Shown here: in pieces, positions 1-8,868 of the stretch | Layout of the letters: each line of letters opens with the position of its first letter | How positions within the stretch are numbered: the stretch's first letter is position 1 | DNA from: Melioribacter roseus | Lineage (GTDB): Bacteria; Bacteroidota; Ignavibacteria; Ignavibacteriales; Melioribacteraceae | Assembly: GCA_020726285.1 (NCBI GenBank) | Contig: DYSW01000003.1 | Span: forward strand, 30,990 to 94,989 | Direction: 5' to 3' | DNA length: 64,000 nucleotides | Notes under the pieces: generated by a model | Database searches by the model: none | Told to the model about the DNA's origin: nothing | What the model saw: only the letters and a program-made list of their open reading frames with translations | Made by a program: the position numbers and the translations under genes

Positions 1-1
1 T

Positions 2-2308
2 TCAAGTTATAAGGAAAGAGTTGATAAATTTACAGCAACTCACATTAATAGAGTTGAATTACCAAAAGCATTACAACATTTCAATGTTTACAGAAATGGT
101 GAAGTTGTTGGTACATCCGATACATTAATGTATGTTGATTATGATTTCCCTGCGTATAATCAATATTATTCATACTACGTTACTGCCGTTTACGATGATG
201 CTGTCGAATCAAACCCAAGTAACGAAGTTACAGCTTACGTTATTGATCCGGCTTCTGTTATCTTCTATGATGATTTTGAAGAAGGAACATTGCCAGGATA
301 TTATACAGTTGTTGATGCAAACAACGACGGTAAAACTTGGGTAGCTTATGGAGGTCTTCCACAAAGCGGTGCTTATTCAATGGCGGTTACTTATAATTCT
401 ACACAAGCAATGGATGATTGGGCTTATATCGGTCCGATTAGTTTACATGCTGCTGAAAATTATAACCTTTCATTTGGTTATCGTGCACAATCAGGTACTT
501 ACCCTGAAAATATGGCAGTTTATTTAACAGACACTATAGATAGTTCAAAATCTATAATAGCTACTTTATTTGATTCAACAGGTATCGCAAATACTGTATA
601 TTCAAATTTCAGTACTAGTTTTGGAGTACCAGTTGAAGGACAATATTATATTGCTTTCTATGGATATTCTGATGCTGATATGTGGCGACTTGCAGTTGAT
701 GACGTTCTTTTAATAGGAAATGGTGAATTAGTTGAACCAGTAGATTCATCAATTGTTTTCTTTGATGATTTTGAAGATGGAACAGCAAATTGGCAATTAT
801 ATGGTGCTTGGGGATTAGTTACAAATGAAAACTATTCTCCTGTACATTCATTAACAGAAAGCCCTGAAGGACTATATCCTGATGATGCGTTATATTATGC
901 CTTGATGGTTAGTGGACTTGATTTTTCAGAAGCACTTGATGCAGAACTTTCTTTCTATGCAAAATACGAAATCGAAGAAGGTTTTGATTATATGTATGTT
1001 GACATTAAATATGATGGAATTTCAGGTTGGAGAACACTAACTGCAATTGATGGAGTTTCTAACGGTTGGGAACAAATAGTTCTTCCATTAGGCGGTTATG
1101 TTGGTCAAACAGGTGTTAAAATTAGATTCAGATTTGATTCCGATGGTGGATTCACCATGGACGGTATGTACATTGATGATGTTCAAATTCGAATTTCAAA
1201 AAATGATTTAAGCGCACCACTTGTTGTTTATGACGGACCACAAGACGAACAAGGTACTATTGGAAAATTTGTTATTGCTGCTAATATTACTGACATTTCT
1301 GGTGTAGCGTATGCAGGCGTTGGATATGTAGTTGATCCTATAGATTCAAATATTACTCCAACAATTGTTACTCCAGACTCTGTTTACGGAAGCATATATT
1401 ATTTCTCAATTCCTGAACAAGAGGCTGGTGCAAAAGTGTATTTTGGAATTGCAGTTGCAGATTCAGTTGGAAATATCGATACAGTAGTTTCAGCAAGTGG
1501 AAATTCATTTTCATATATTTCAGGAAATTATTTAATGTATGATAATGACGAAGTTACATTCGTTCTAGAAATCCCAGTTGGAGCAGCAGTAGCCAAAAGA
1601 ATTTCGTTACCTGAAAATACTTCAACAACACTTGTAAATACATTATTAAGAAATTACACAGATATGAGCCGTCCAAATGGAGAAATAGATATTCATGTTT
1701 GGGCTGATAACTCTGGTTTGCCAGGGAATGATCTTATTACCCCAATTAGAACTTATCCGTCGGCATCACAATCTAATCCATATAGAATGACTGAAACTGA
1801 CTTACGTCCATATTCCGAAAATTTAAACGGAATGACAGGCGATTTCTGGGTTGGTTTTTCTGTTCCAGCTGAAAACACAACAACAGTTTGGATGACATTA
1901 GGACGCGATGGCTCTGATCTAGGTGGAGATACACGTTCATTCGTTTTTAACGGAAGTGCGTGGTCAATGTACGATAGAGAGTTTCATTTTAGAGCTATTA
2001 CTGGTGCATTTGACGAAGTTGGAATAAATGAAAATCAAATTCCTGTTAAATTTGAATTAATGCAAAACTATCCAAACCCATTTAATCCTGCAACAACAAT
2101 TAAATTTGCATTACCAATATCTTCGAATGTTGAAATGAAAATTTATAACGCTATCGGACAAGAAGTAACAACACTTGTAAATAAACAACTTGAAGCTGGT
2201 TATCATTCAGTAGTATTTGATGCAAGCAAATTAGCAAGCGGTTTGTATATTTACAGAATTCAAGCTGGTAACTTTGTTTCAGTGAAAAAAATGATGTTAT
2301 TAAAGTAA
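2..2308 (+). CDS. Secreted multi-domain surface protein with T9SS (Por) C-terminal sorting domain; 5' end runs off the window
   Basis: The frame of the 128..2308 ORF stays open back to base 2 with no stop, so the gene is truncated by the window edge. The upstream residues ...FNVYRNGEVVGTSD... look like part of the same repeat domain. Two FxDDFE(E/D)GT...W modules end in DDV(L/Q)(L/I), which I recall as choice-of-anchor-J/MAM-like. The C-terminal NYPNPFNPATTIKF...GLYIYRIQAGNF...KKMMLLK tail is typical of FCB-group T9SS cargo. Confidence 0.8.
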   Translation, partial: SSYKERVDKFTATHINRVELPKALQHFNVYRNGEVVGTSDTLMYVDYDFPAYNQYYSYYVTAVYDDAVESNPSNEVTAYVIDPASVIFYDDFEEGTLPGYYTVVDANNDGKTWVAYGGLPQSGAYSMAVTYNSTQAMDDWAYIGPISLHAAENYNLSFGYRAQSGTYPENMAVYLTDTIDSSKSIIATLFDSTGIANTVYSNFSTSFGVPVEGQYYIAFYGYSDADMWRLAVDDVLLIGNGELVEPVDSSIVFFDDFEDGTANWQLYGAWGLVTNENYSPVHSLTESPEGLYPDDALYYALMVSGLDFSEALDAELSFYAKYEIEEGFDYMYVDIKYDGISGWRTLTAIDGVSNGWEQIVLPLGGYVGQTGVKIRFRFDSDGGFTMDGMYIDDVQIRISKNDLSAPLVVYDGPQDEQGTIGKFVIAANITDISGVAYAGVGYVVDPIDSNITPTIVTPDSVYGSIYYFSIPEQEAGAKVYFGIAVADSVGNIDTVVSASGNSFSYISGNYLMYDNDEVTFVLEIPVGAAVAKRISLPENTSTTLVNTLLRNYTDMSRPNGEIDIHVWADNSGLPGNDLITPIRTYPSASQSNPYRMTETDLRPYSENLNGMTGDFWVGFSVPAENTTTVWMTLGRDGSDLGGDTRSFVFNGSAWSMYDREFHFRAITGAFDEVGINENQIPVKFELMQNYPNPFNPATTIKFALPISSNVEMKIYNAIGQEVTTLVNKQLEAGYHSVVFDASKLASGLYIYRIQAGNFVSVKKMMLLK

Positions 2309-2332
2309 TTGATTCAAAACACATTTATGAAG

Positions 2333-2360
2333 AAGCCGATCAAACGATCGGCTTTTTCAT
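2333..2360 (+). terminator. Rho-independent terminator after the T9SS cargo gene
   Basis: Perfect 9-bp stem AAGCCGATC / GATCGGCTT with loop AAAC, followed by TTTTTC. Confidence 0.8.
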
Positions 2361-2382
2361 TTTATTATAGAACAAAATATCA

Positions 2383-2390
2383 TAAATTTG
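2383..2390 (+). promoter_or_regulatory. Candidate Bacteroidetes-type -7 box (TAAATTTG) for glmS
   Basis: Exact TAnnTTTG match 32 nt upstream of the glmS ATG. No clean TTTG -33 box at the expected spacing. Confidence 0.35.
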
Positions 2391-2421
2391 CGACAATCAA
2401 AAATTAAAACGAGCAAACACT

Positions 2422-4257
2422 ATGTGTGGAATAGTTGGATATGTTGGAGAACAAAATAGTGCTCCGATTCTTATCGAAGGATTAAAAAGATTAGAATATA
2501 GAGGATACGATTCCGCAGGAATTGGAATTCTTGATGATGGAAGAATACAATTAATAAAAGAAAAAGGTAAAGTTTCTGTACTTGAATCTGAAATGAAAAA
2601 AAGACAAGTAATTGGGACCACTGGAATTGGACACACACGCTGGGCTACACATGGTATTCCCAACCAAGTTAATGCTCATCCACATTTTAGTTCCGATGAT
2701 GAATTAATGCTCGTTCATAATGGAATAATTGAAAACTACAAAGAACTTAAAGAGTTTTTAATTCAAAAAGAGTACATATTCAAAAGTGATACAGATACTG
2801 AAGTTTTGGTCAATTTGATACACTTCTTCTATGTAAATAATAATAACAATCTATACGAAGCAACTCGGCAGGCTTTGTTAAAAGTAAATGGCACTTATGG
2901 AATTGCTGTTTTGTCTCGAAATAACAAAGAAAGAATAGTGATTGCAAAAAATGGTTCCCCATTAGTTATTGGTATAGGAAAAGGAGAAAATTTTATAGCA
3001 TCCGATGTTAATGCACTTATTACACATACAAAAAATGTAATTTATCTTGAAGATGGAGAAATTGGGGAAATAACAAAAGATAGTTATTTTATTAAAAGTT
3101 TGAATAATGATTCAATTTCAAAAGAAATAAATAAAATAGAAATGGATTTAGAAGAAATTACAAAAGGTGGTTACCCTCATTTTATGTTTAAAGAAATTAT
3201 GGACCAACCAATATCACTGAACGATACACTCCGCGGAAGAACAATTTTAGAAGAAGGAATTTCAAAGTTAGGTGGACTTCATGGTTTTGAAGAACGAATT
3301 TTGCAATCAAAAAGAATAATTATTTCTGCTTGTGGTACTTCGTGGCATGCAGCTTTAGTTGGCGAATATCTTCTTGAAAAATGTACAGGAATTCCAGTTG
3401 AAGTGGAATATGCTTCAGAATTTAGATACAGAAACCCAATTATCGAGCCATCGGACACTATTATTTTCATTTCCCAAAGTGGAGAGACTGCAGACACACT
3501 TGCAGCTTTAAAAGAAGCTAAAAGAAAAGGAGCTTTAGTCCTTGGAATTGTTAATGTAGTTGGAAGTTCGATAGCACGTGCGAGCGATGCGGGAGTTTAT
3601 ATACACGCTGGACCCGAAATTGGAGTTGCTTCGACTAAAGCATTTACCTCACAAATAACAGTTTTAATACTTGTTGCACTTTTACTTGGCAGAAGAAAAC
3701 ACCTATCAATTGTTGATGGAAAAGAAATTATTCAGTCATTAAATAACCTTGGTGATTTGGTTAACGAAATTCTCTCGCAAAATTCTGAAATAGAAAGAAT
3801 CGCAGAAAAATTTGTAAATGCTAAAAATTTCCTATATCTCGGAAGAGGAATTCATTTTCCAGTTGCATTAGAAGGTGCATTAAAATTAAAAGAAATTTCA
3901 TACATCCACGCTGAAGGATATCCTGCGGCAGAAATGAAGCACGGACCAATTGCACTTATTGATGAAAATATGCCAACGGTTTTTATAGCTCCGAAAGATG
4001 CAATTTACGAAAAAGTAATTAGCAATATAGAAGAAGTAAAAGCGAGAAACGGAAAAGTTATAGCAATTATTGACAAAGACGATAAATATGTCGAGAATTT
4101 AGTAGATCACGTTATCAGAATTCCAAGAACAAATGAATTATTGATGCCAATTTTAACAGTAATTCCATTGCAACTATTATCTTATCATATTGCAGTAAAA
4201 AAAGGTTTAAATGTTGATCAACCAAGAAATTTAGCAAAAAGTGTAACGGTTGAGTAG
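2422..4257 (+). CDS. glmS: Glutamine--fructose-6-phosphate aminotransferase (isomerizing)
   Basis: 611 aa. N-terminal MCGIVGY (Ntn amidotransferase Cys2), two SIS-type modules and the canonical C-terminus ...NLAKSVTVE. Confidence 0.97.
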   Translation: MCGIVGYVGEQNSAPILIEGLKRLEYRGYDSAGIGILDDGRIQLIKEKGKVSVLESEMKKRQVIGTTGIGHTRWATHGIPNQVNAHPHFSSDDELMLVHNGIIENYKELKEFLIQKEYIFKSDTDTEVLVNLIHFFYVNNNNNLYEATRQALLKVNGTYGIAVLSRNNKERIVIAKNGSPLVIGIGKGENFIASDVNALITHTKNVIYLEDGEIGEITKDSYFIKSLNNDSISKEINKIEMDLEEITKGGYPHFMFKEIMDQPISLNDTLRGRTILEEGISKLGGLHGFEERILQSKRIIISACGTSWHAALVGEYLLEKCTGIPVEVEYASEFRYRNPIIEPSDTIIFISQSGETADTLAALKEAKRKGALVLGIVNVVGSSIARASDAGVYIHAGPEIGVASTKAFTSQITVLILVALLLGRRKHLSIVDGKEIIQSLNNLGDLVNEILSQNSEIERIAEKFVNAKNFLYLGRGIHFPVALEGALKLKEISYIHAEGYPAAEMKHGPIALIDENMPTVFIAPKDAIYEKVISNIEEVKARNGKVIAIIDKDDKYVENLVDHVIRIPRTNELLMPILTVIPLQLLSYHIAVKKGLNVDQPRNLAKSVTVE

Positions 4258-4275
4258 GAGAATACTGATTATTTT

Positions 4276-5217
4276 ATGTCACAAATTGTAGTTATTGCAC
4301 TCGGAGGAAATGCTCTTCTACGGGGAAATGAAATTGGTTCAATTTCAGAACAAGAAAGAAATTCTCGCAGAACAGCAGAAAATCTTATCAATTTAATTAA
4401 ACAAGGTTATGAAATAATTATAACGCATGGTAATGGTCCGCAAGTGGGGAATATTGTTCTTAGGAATGAGGCGGGTTATTCAAAATATAAAATCCCGAGA
4501 ATGCCACTTGATATTTGTGTTGCCGATTCACAAGGTGGAATTGGTTATATGCTCGAAAGACAATTATTAAATACATTAAATGAAAATAAGATTAAAAAAA
4601 ATGTGATTACATTAGTTACACAAGTTCTGGTTGATAAAAATGATATTGCATTTAAAGATCCAACCAAGCCTATCGGAGGATTTTATCTTAAAGAAGAAGC
4701 CCAACTTCTTCAAAAATCAAATTCTTGGATATTTAAAGAAGATCCAAGAAAAAGAGGTTGGCGAAGAGTTGTTCCTTCACCAAAACCAATTGAAATTCTA
4801 AATCGTAGAATTGTCCATCAGCTTTCGAATGAAGGAAATATAGTAATTGCTTCTGGAGGTGGTGGAGTTCCTGTTTATTTAGATGAAATTGGAAATCTTC
4901 AAAGAGTAGAAGCGGTAATTGACAAGGATTTGGCGGCAAGTTTACTCGCACAGGAAGTAAATGCCGATAAGTTTATAATCCTAACCGATGTTCCAAAAGT
5001 TTGTTTGAATTTTAATAAGCCAAATCAAATTGAACTTGATACAATTACTATTTCTGAAGCTGAGAAATATATCAGAGAAGATCACTTTTCTGACGGAAGC
5101 ATGCTTCCAAAAATTCAGGCTGCAATTAATTTTGTAAAAGTAACAGGTAAAGAAGCAATTATTACAGATGCATCTGAATTAACAAAAAATTTAGAAGGGA
5201 CAAAAATTATTAAATAA
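4276..5217 (+). CDS. arcC: Carbamate kinase
   Basis: 313 aa. The blocks ALGGNALL, THGNGPQVGN, PTKPIGGF, RVVPSPKP, SGGGGVPV and GSMLPKI follow the carbamate kinase family along its whole length. AGGAG lies upstream of the ATG. Confidence 0.9.
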   Translation: MSQIVVIALGGNALLRGNEIGSISEQERNSRRTAENLINLIKQGYEIIITHGNGPQVGNIVLRNEAGYSKYKIPRMPLDICVADSQGGIGYMLERQLLNTLNENKIKKNVITLVTQVLVDKNDIAFKDPTKPIGGFYLKEEAQLLQKSNSWIFKEDPRKRGWRRVVPSPKPIEILNRRIVHQLSNEGNIVIASGGGGVPVYLDEIGNLQRVEAVIDKDLAASLLAQEVNADKFIILTDVPKVCLNFNKPNQIELDTITISEAEKYIREDHFSDGSMLPKIQAAINFVKVTGKEAIITDASELTKNLEGTKIIK

Positions 5218-5273
5218 AATTCTTGTGTGTAAAAGTAAAATTATATATTTTTACGGCTCAAAATTATGATGAT

Positions 5274-5346
5274 GGGCAGATAGCTCAGTCGGTAGAGCAA
5301 AGGACTGAAAATCCTTGTGTCGGCGGTTCGATTCCGTCTCTGCCCA
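5274..5346 (+). tRNA. tRNA-Phe (anticodon GAA)
   Basis: 73-nt cloverleaf. Acceptor GGGCAGA/TCTGCCC plus discriminator A; D-arm TAGCTCAGTCGGTAGAGCA; anticodon stem-loop AAGGA-CTGAAAA-TCCTT; T-arm GGCGG-TTCGATT-CCGTC. CCA is not encoded. Confidence 0.95.
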
Positions 5347-5351
5347 CAAAA

Positions 5352-5385
5352 AAAGCGATTTTATTACGAAATCGCTTTTTTGTTT
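5352..5385 (+). terminator. Rho-independent terminator after tRNA-Phe
   Basis: 10-bp stem AAAGCGATTT / AAATCGCTTT with loop TATTACG, followed by a T-run. Confidence 0.8.
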
Positions 5386-5475
5386 TAAAGGATACATAAA
5401 CATCCAATTCTTTTCATTTTACTAACATTTCAAAGTTTGTATATTTACAATTCAAATTATAGAATATAGGATTTT

Positions 5476-6543
5476 ATGAACGTTTATGCAGTAATAATGG
5501 CTGGTGGAGTAGGTTCCCGATTTTGGCCGAGAAGTCGAGCAAAAACACCTAAACAATTACTAAAAATATTTAGTGAAGATACAATGATTCAGGCTACTGT
5601 AAAGCGGCTTGATGGTTTAATTGATTCAGACAAAATACTAATTATCACAAATAAAATTCAAAAAGAACAAATAATTGAACAATTACCTAAGATTCCTATA
5701 GAAAATATTATTGCAGAACCTTTTGGTAAAAACACTGCACCATGTGTTGCCCTAAGTGCAGTAATTGTCAATAAACTTAATCCCGATTCAATTATTGTAA
5801 CTTTACCAGCAGATCATCTTATTTTAGATGAGATACTCTTTAAAGAAACATTAGTAAAAGCGATTGAATTTGCATCAAGTAATAATGCATTAGTAACAAT
5901 AGGAATTAAACCGAGTCGTCCAGAAACTGGTTATGGTTATATTCAAATAAATGATAAACAATCAAGCGATTCAATATATAAAGTGCAAACATTTGCTGAA
6001 AAACCTAATCTTTCAACTGCAAAAAGATTTGTAAGTTCTGGAGACTTTTTCTGGAATTCCGGAATGTTCATTTGGAAAAGTTCAGAAATATTACTCGCAT
6101 TTGAAACATTACTTCCTGATATGTATGAAGAAATTGCAAAGATTGCGAATGTAATCGGTACTTCAGAATTTGATGCAACTCTAACTCAAGTATATGGTGA
6201 AGTTAAATCTATCTCAGTTGATTATGGAATTATGGAAAAATCACCGTATGTTTATATGGTTAAGGGTGATTTTAATTGGAATGATGTCGGTAGTTGGGAA
6301 GCTGTATATCAACTTTCGAATCAAGATGAGAATCACAATACAAAAATTGGTAATATCTTTACAGAAAAAACATATTCATCATATATTTATAATCCTGAGA
6401 AATTTACTGCAGTAATTGGTTTGGATAATTTAATTGTAATTGAAACAAAAGATTCATTGTTAATTTGTAATAGAGAGAATGCTCAGTCAGTTAAAGATGT
6501 TGTTGATTACTTAAAAATTAATAACCAAACAGAATTATTATAA
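5476..6543 (+). CDS. manC: Mannose-1-phosphate guanylyltransferase (GDP-mannose pyrophosphorylase, no PMI domain)
   Basis: 355 aa. N-terminal AGGVGSRFWPRSR nucleotidyltransferase loop, and a family-typical length and layout. Confidence 0.85.
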   Translation: MNVYAVIMAGGVGSRFWPRSRAKTPKQLLKIFSEDTMIQATVKRLDGLIDSDKILIITNKIQKEQIIEQLPKIPIENIIAEPFGKNTAPCVALSAVIVNKLNPDSIIVTLPADHLILDEILFKETLVKAIEFASSNNALVTIGIKPSRPETGYGYIQINDKQSSDSIYKVQTFAEKPNLSTAKRFVSSGDFFWNSGMFIWKSSEILLAFETLLPDMYEEIAKIANVIGTSEFDATLTQVYGEVKSISVDYGIMEKSPYVYMVKGDFNWNDVGSWEAVYQLSNQDENHNTKIGNIFTEKTYSSYIYNPEKFTAVIGLDNLIVIETKDSLLICNRENAQSVKDVVDYLKINNQTELL

Positions 6544-7202
6544 TGAAAAAACAATTAGTAACAGAAGAAGTTATTTTACAATTGCATAAAAGTGGAAAAA
6601 GTATTCTCCAACTTGAAAAGGGAGCATTGATAACTCCAGCAGCAATGGATGTTATCAAACAAAATAAAATTAAAATTGAATTCAATGAAAAACTAGGAAA
6701 AAATATTTCTATAGAAAATCGAGAAATATCTACTGAAAAATTGAAAATAGCAGTTGGTTCAGATCATACAGGATTTATTATTAAAGAAGAGCTAAAACGT
6801 TATATAAAAGAAGTTACGACATATGAAATAAATGATGTGGGAACATTTACTGACCAAGCATGCGATTATCCAGATTTCGCTTTTCAAGTTGCAAAGTTAG
6901 TAAGTTTAAAAGAAGCGTATTTCGGAATTCTTTTTGATGCCACAGGCATTCCTTCAGCAATCGCCGCGAACAAAGTTCCGGGAATTCGAGCCGTTACATG
7001 TTATAACGAATTTTCAGCAAGAAGTTCTCGGGAGCATAATAACGCAAATATTTTAGTATTAGGAGCAAGAACTCTGGGAATTGAATCAATAAAAGCAATT
7101 ATAAAAGTATGGTTTAATACCAGTTTTTTAGGCGAAAGACATCAAAAGAGAATTGATAAAATAACTGAAATTGAAAAACAATTCCTTTTAAAAGGTTTAT
7201 AA
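6543..7202 (+). CDS. rpiB: Ribose-5-phosphate isomerase B (RpiB/LacA/LacB family) with a ~67-aa N-terminal extension
   Basis: The core starts at KIAVGSDHTGF and ends in the family-typical ...FLGERHQKRIDKI. It is preceded by ~67 extra residues containing ILQLEKGALITPAAMDVIKQNKIKI. TAATG overlap with manC. Confidence 0.85.
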   Translation: MKKQLVTEEVILQLHKSGKSILQLEKGALITPAAMDVIKQNKIKIEFNEKLGKNISIENREISTEKLKIAVGSDHTGFIIKEELKRYIKEVTTYEINDVGTFTDQACDYPDFAFQVAKLVSLKEAYFGILFDATGIPSAIAANKVPGIRAVTCYNEFSARSSREHNNANILVLGARTLGIESIKAIIKVWFNTSFLGERHQKRIDKITEIEKQFLLKGL

Positions 7203-7957
7203 TGTCGGTTGTAATAAAAGATTTTCGGATTATCGCTAACAAACGAGTCTCTGAAAATATTTATCAATTAATTGTTTGTGCTCCAGAAATTGCCAATAGT
7301 GCGAAACCGGGGCAATTCTGTAATTTATTGCCTAAAAATGAGGTTTTTCTTCGAAGACCTTTTTCAATTTCAGATGTTGAAAATGAAAATGTAACTTTTC
7401 TTTACGAAATAGTTGGTATTGGAACTGAAGCAATTTCAAAATTAATGGTCAATCAAACAATCAGTATAGAAGGACCACTAGGAAATGGATTTTTTATAGA
7501 TGAACAGAAAGTAGCAATTTTAGTTGCTGGAGGAATTGGATATGCTCCATTCCCATTTCTCATCAAAGCGCTAAATACAAAGAACGTAAATTATAAATTG
7601 TATCATGGTGTTAGAAATTCAAAATTCTTAATAAAAGATGAAAATCCTAAAGAAATTTCATCGGATGATGGTTCTGTTGGTTTTAGAGGAAACGTTCTCG
7701 AACTAATTGAAAAAGAAAATAATTGGGAGCATGATTCTATAAAAGTCTATTCATGTGGTCCAACACAAATGTTAAAAGCTTCAAAAGAATATTTCGAAAA
7801 GCTTAATATTGATACTGAGTTATCTACTGAAAGTAGAATGGCATGTGGAATTGGAATTTGTCAGGGTTGTCCTGTAGAAAAAGCTGATTCAAGTGGCTTT
7901 TTGTTAGTTTGCAAAGATGGTCCGGTTTTTAATTCAAAAGCTATTAGGTTTTCATGA
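7202..7957 (+). CDS. pyrK: Dihydroorotate dehydrogenase (type 1B) electron-transfer subunit
   Basis: 251 aa. RRPFSIS flavin motif and a C-terminal 2Fe-2S ligand pattern MACGIGICQGCPV...C. Directly precedes pyrD. Confidence 0.9.
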   Translation: MSVVIKDFRIIANKRVSENIYQLIVCAPEIANSAKPGQFCNLLPKNEVFLRRPFSISDVENENVTFLYEIVGIGTEAISKLMVNQTISIEGPLGNGFFIDEQKVAILVAGGIGYAPFPFLIKALNTKNVNYKLYHGVRNSKFLIKDENPKEISSDDGSVGFRGNVLELIEKENNWEHDSIKVYSCGPTQMLKASKEYFEKLNIDTELSTESRMACGIGICQGCPVEKADSSGFLLVCKDGPVFNSKAIRFS

Positions 7958-8868
7958 TTGATTTAGCGGTAAATATAGGTGGTTTACAGCTTAAAAATCC
8001 AATTATTCTTGCATCTGGAACAGTTGGTTATGGAAATGAAATATCAGAATTTATAGATTTGAGTGAAATAGGTGCGATTGTAACAAAATCTATCTCATTA
8101 GAACCAAGAAAAGGAAATGCTCCCGCTAGAATAATTGAAACTCCATCTGGGATGTTAAATGCAATTGGATTGGCAAATATCGGTTTAAGGGAATTTATAT
8201 CTCAAAAAATACCCTTCCTAGAAAAAGTGAAATCAACTTTAATTTGCAACATTGCTGCAAGTTCTTTTGAAGAATATAAAATATGTGTTGAAGAATTAAA
8301 GGATATAAGTATCATAAAAGCATTTGAAATTAATGTATCTTGTCCAAATGTAAAAGATGGTGGCTTACTTTTTGGGAATGACTTAAATGCTGTAAAAACA
8401 ATAACTTCTATGCTTCGTCCAGTAACAAATAAACCACTTATTCTTAAACTATCTCCCAATACAACTTCAATTTGGAATTATGCTCAAGTTGCTAAAGATG
8501 CAAATTGGAATGCGGTTTCTGCAATTAACACTCTTGTTGGAACTTCATTCGATATTTATACGAGAAAACCCAAAATTAAAAATGTTACTGGAGGACTTTC
8601 GGGAGCAGCTATAAAACCGATTGCTTTAGCAAAGATTTTAGAAATTAGCCAGAATGTAAAAATTCCAATAATTGGAATTGGTGGTATTATGAATTGGAAA
8701 GATGCAATAGAATTTATGATTACGGGAGCTTCAGCTGTTCAGATTGGGACTGCTAATTTTATTAATCCGAAAGTTAGTATTGAAATTCTTGATGGAATTA
8801 AAGAATTTTGTGAAACACAAAAAATAGAGAGCGTATCAAATTTAACTGCAAGCTATAATCTTTCATGA
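7954..8868 (+). CDS. pyrD: Dihydroorotate dehydrogenase catalytic subunit (class 1B)
   Basis: 304 aa. LKNPIILASGT start, NVSCPN active-site Cys loop, and GIGGI near the C-terminus. ATGA overlap with pyrK. Confidence 0.93.
   Translation: MIDLAVNIGGLQLKNPIILASGTVGYGNEISEFIDLSEIGAIVTKSISLEPRKGNAPARIIETPSGMLNAIGLANIGLREFISQKIPFLEKVKSTLICNIAASSFEEYKICVEELKDISIIKAFEINVSCPNVKDGGLLFGNDLNAVKTITSMLRPVTNKPLILKLSPNTTSIWNYAQVAKDANWNAVSAINTLVGTSFDIYTRKPKIKNVTGGLSGAAIKPIALAKILEISQNVKIPIIGIGGIMNWKDAIEFMITGASAVQIGTANFINPKVSIEILDGIKEFCETQKIESVSNLTASYNLS

Noticed and set aside
132-344. 70-aa ORF overlapping the T9SS cargo gene in another frame. Similar small same-strand overlapping ORFs occur at 6194..6415, 18102..18284, 23416..23649, 39556..39792, 49075..49266, 50509..50730 and 57619..57810.
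   Set aside because: These are internal out-of-frame ORFs of clearly coding genes, with no independent signals.
2309-2421. Possibility of a glmS ribozyme upstream of glmS.
   Set aside because: The spacer is only ~110 nt and is accounted for by a terminator and a promoter box. It has none of the GC-rich pseudoknotted core.
2830-2850. Run of five Asn codons (VNNNNNLYE) inside glmS.
   Set aside because: It is a short homopolymeric amino-acid run in a surface loop, consistent with AT-rich codon bias. It is not a repeat element or slippery site.
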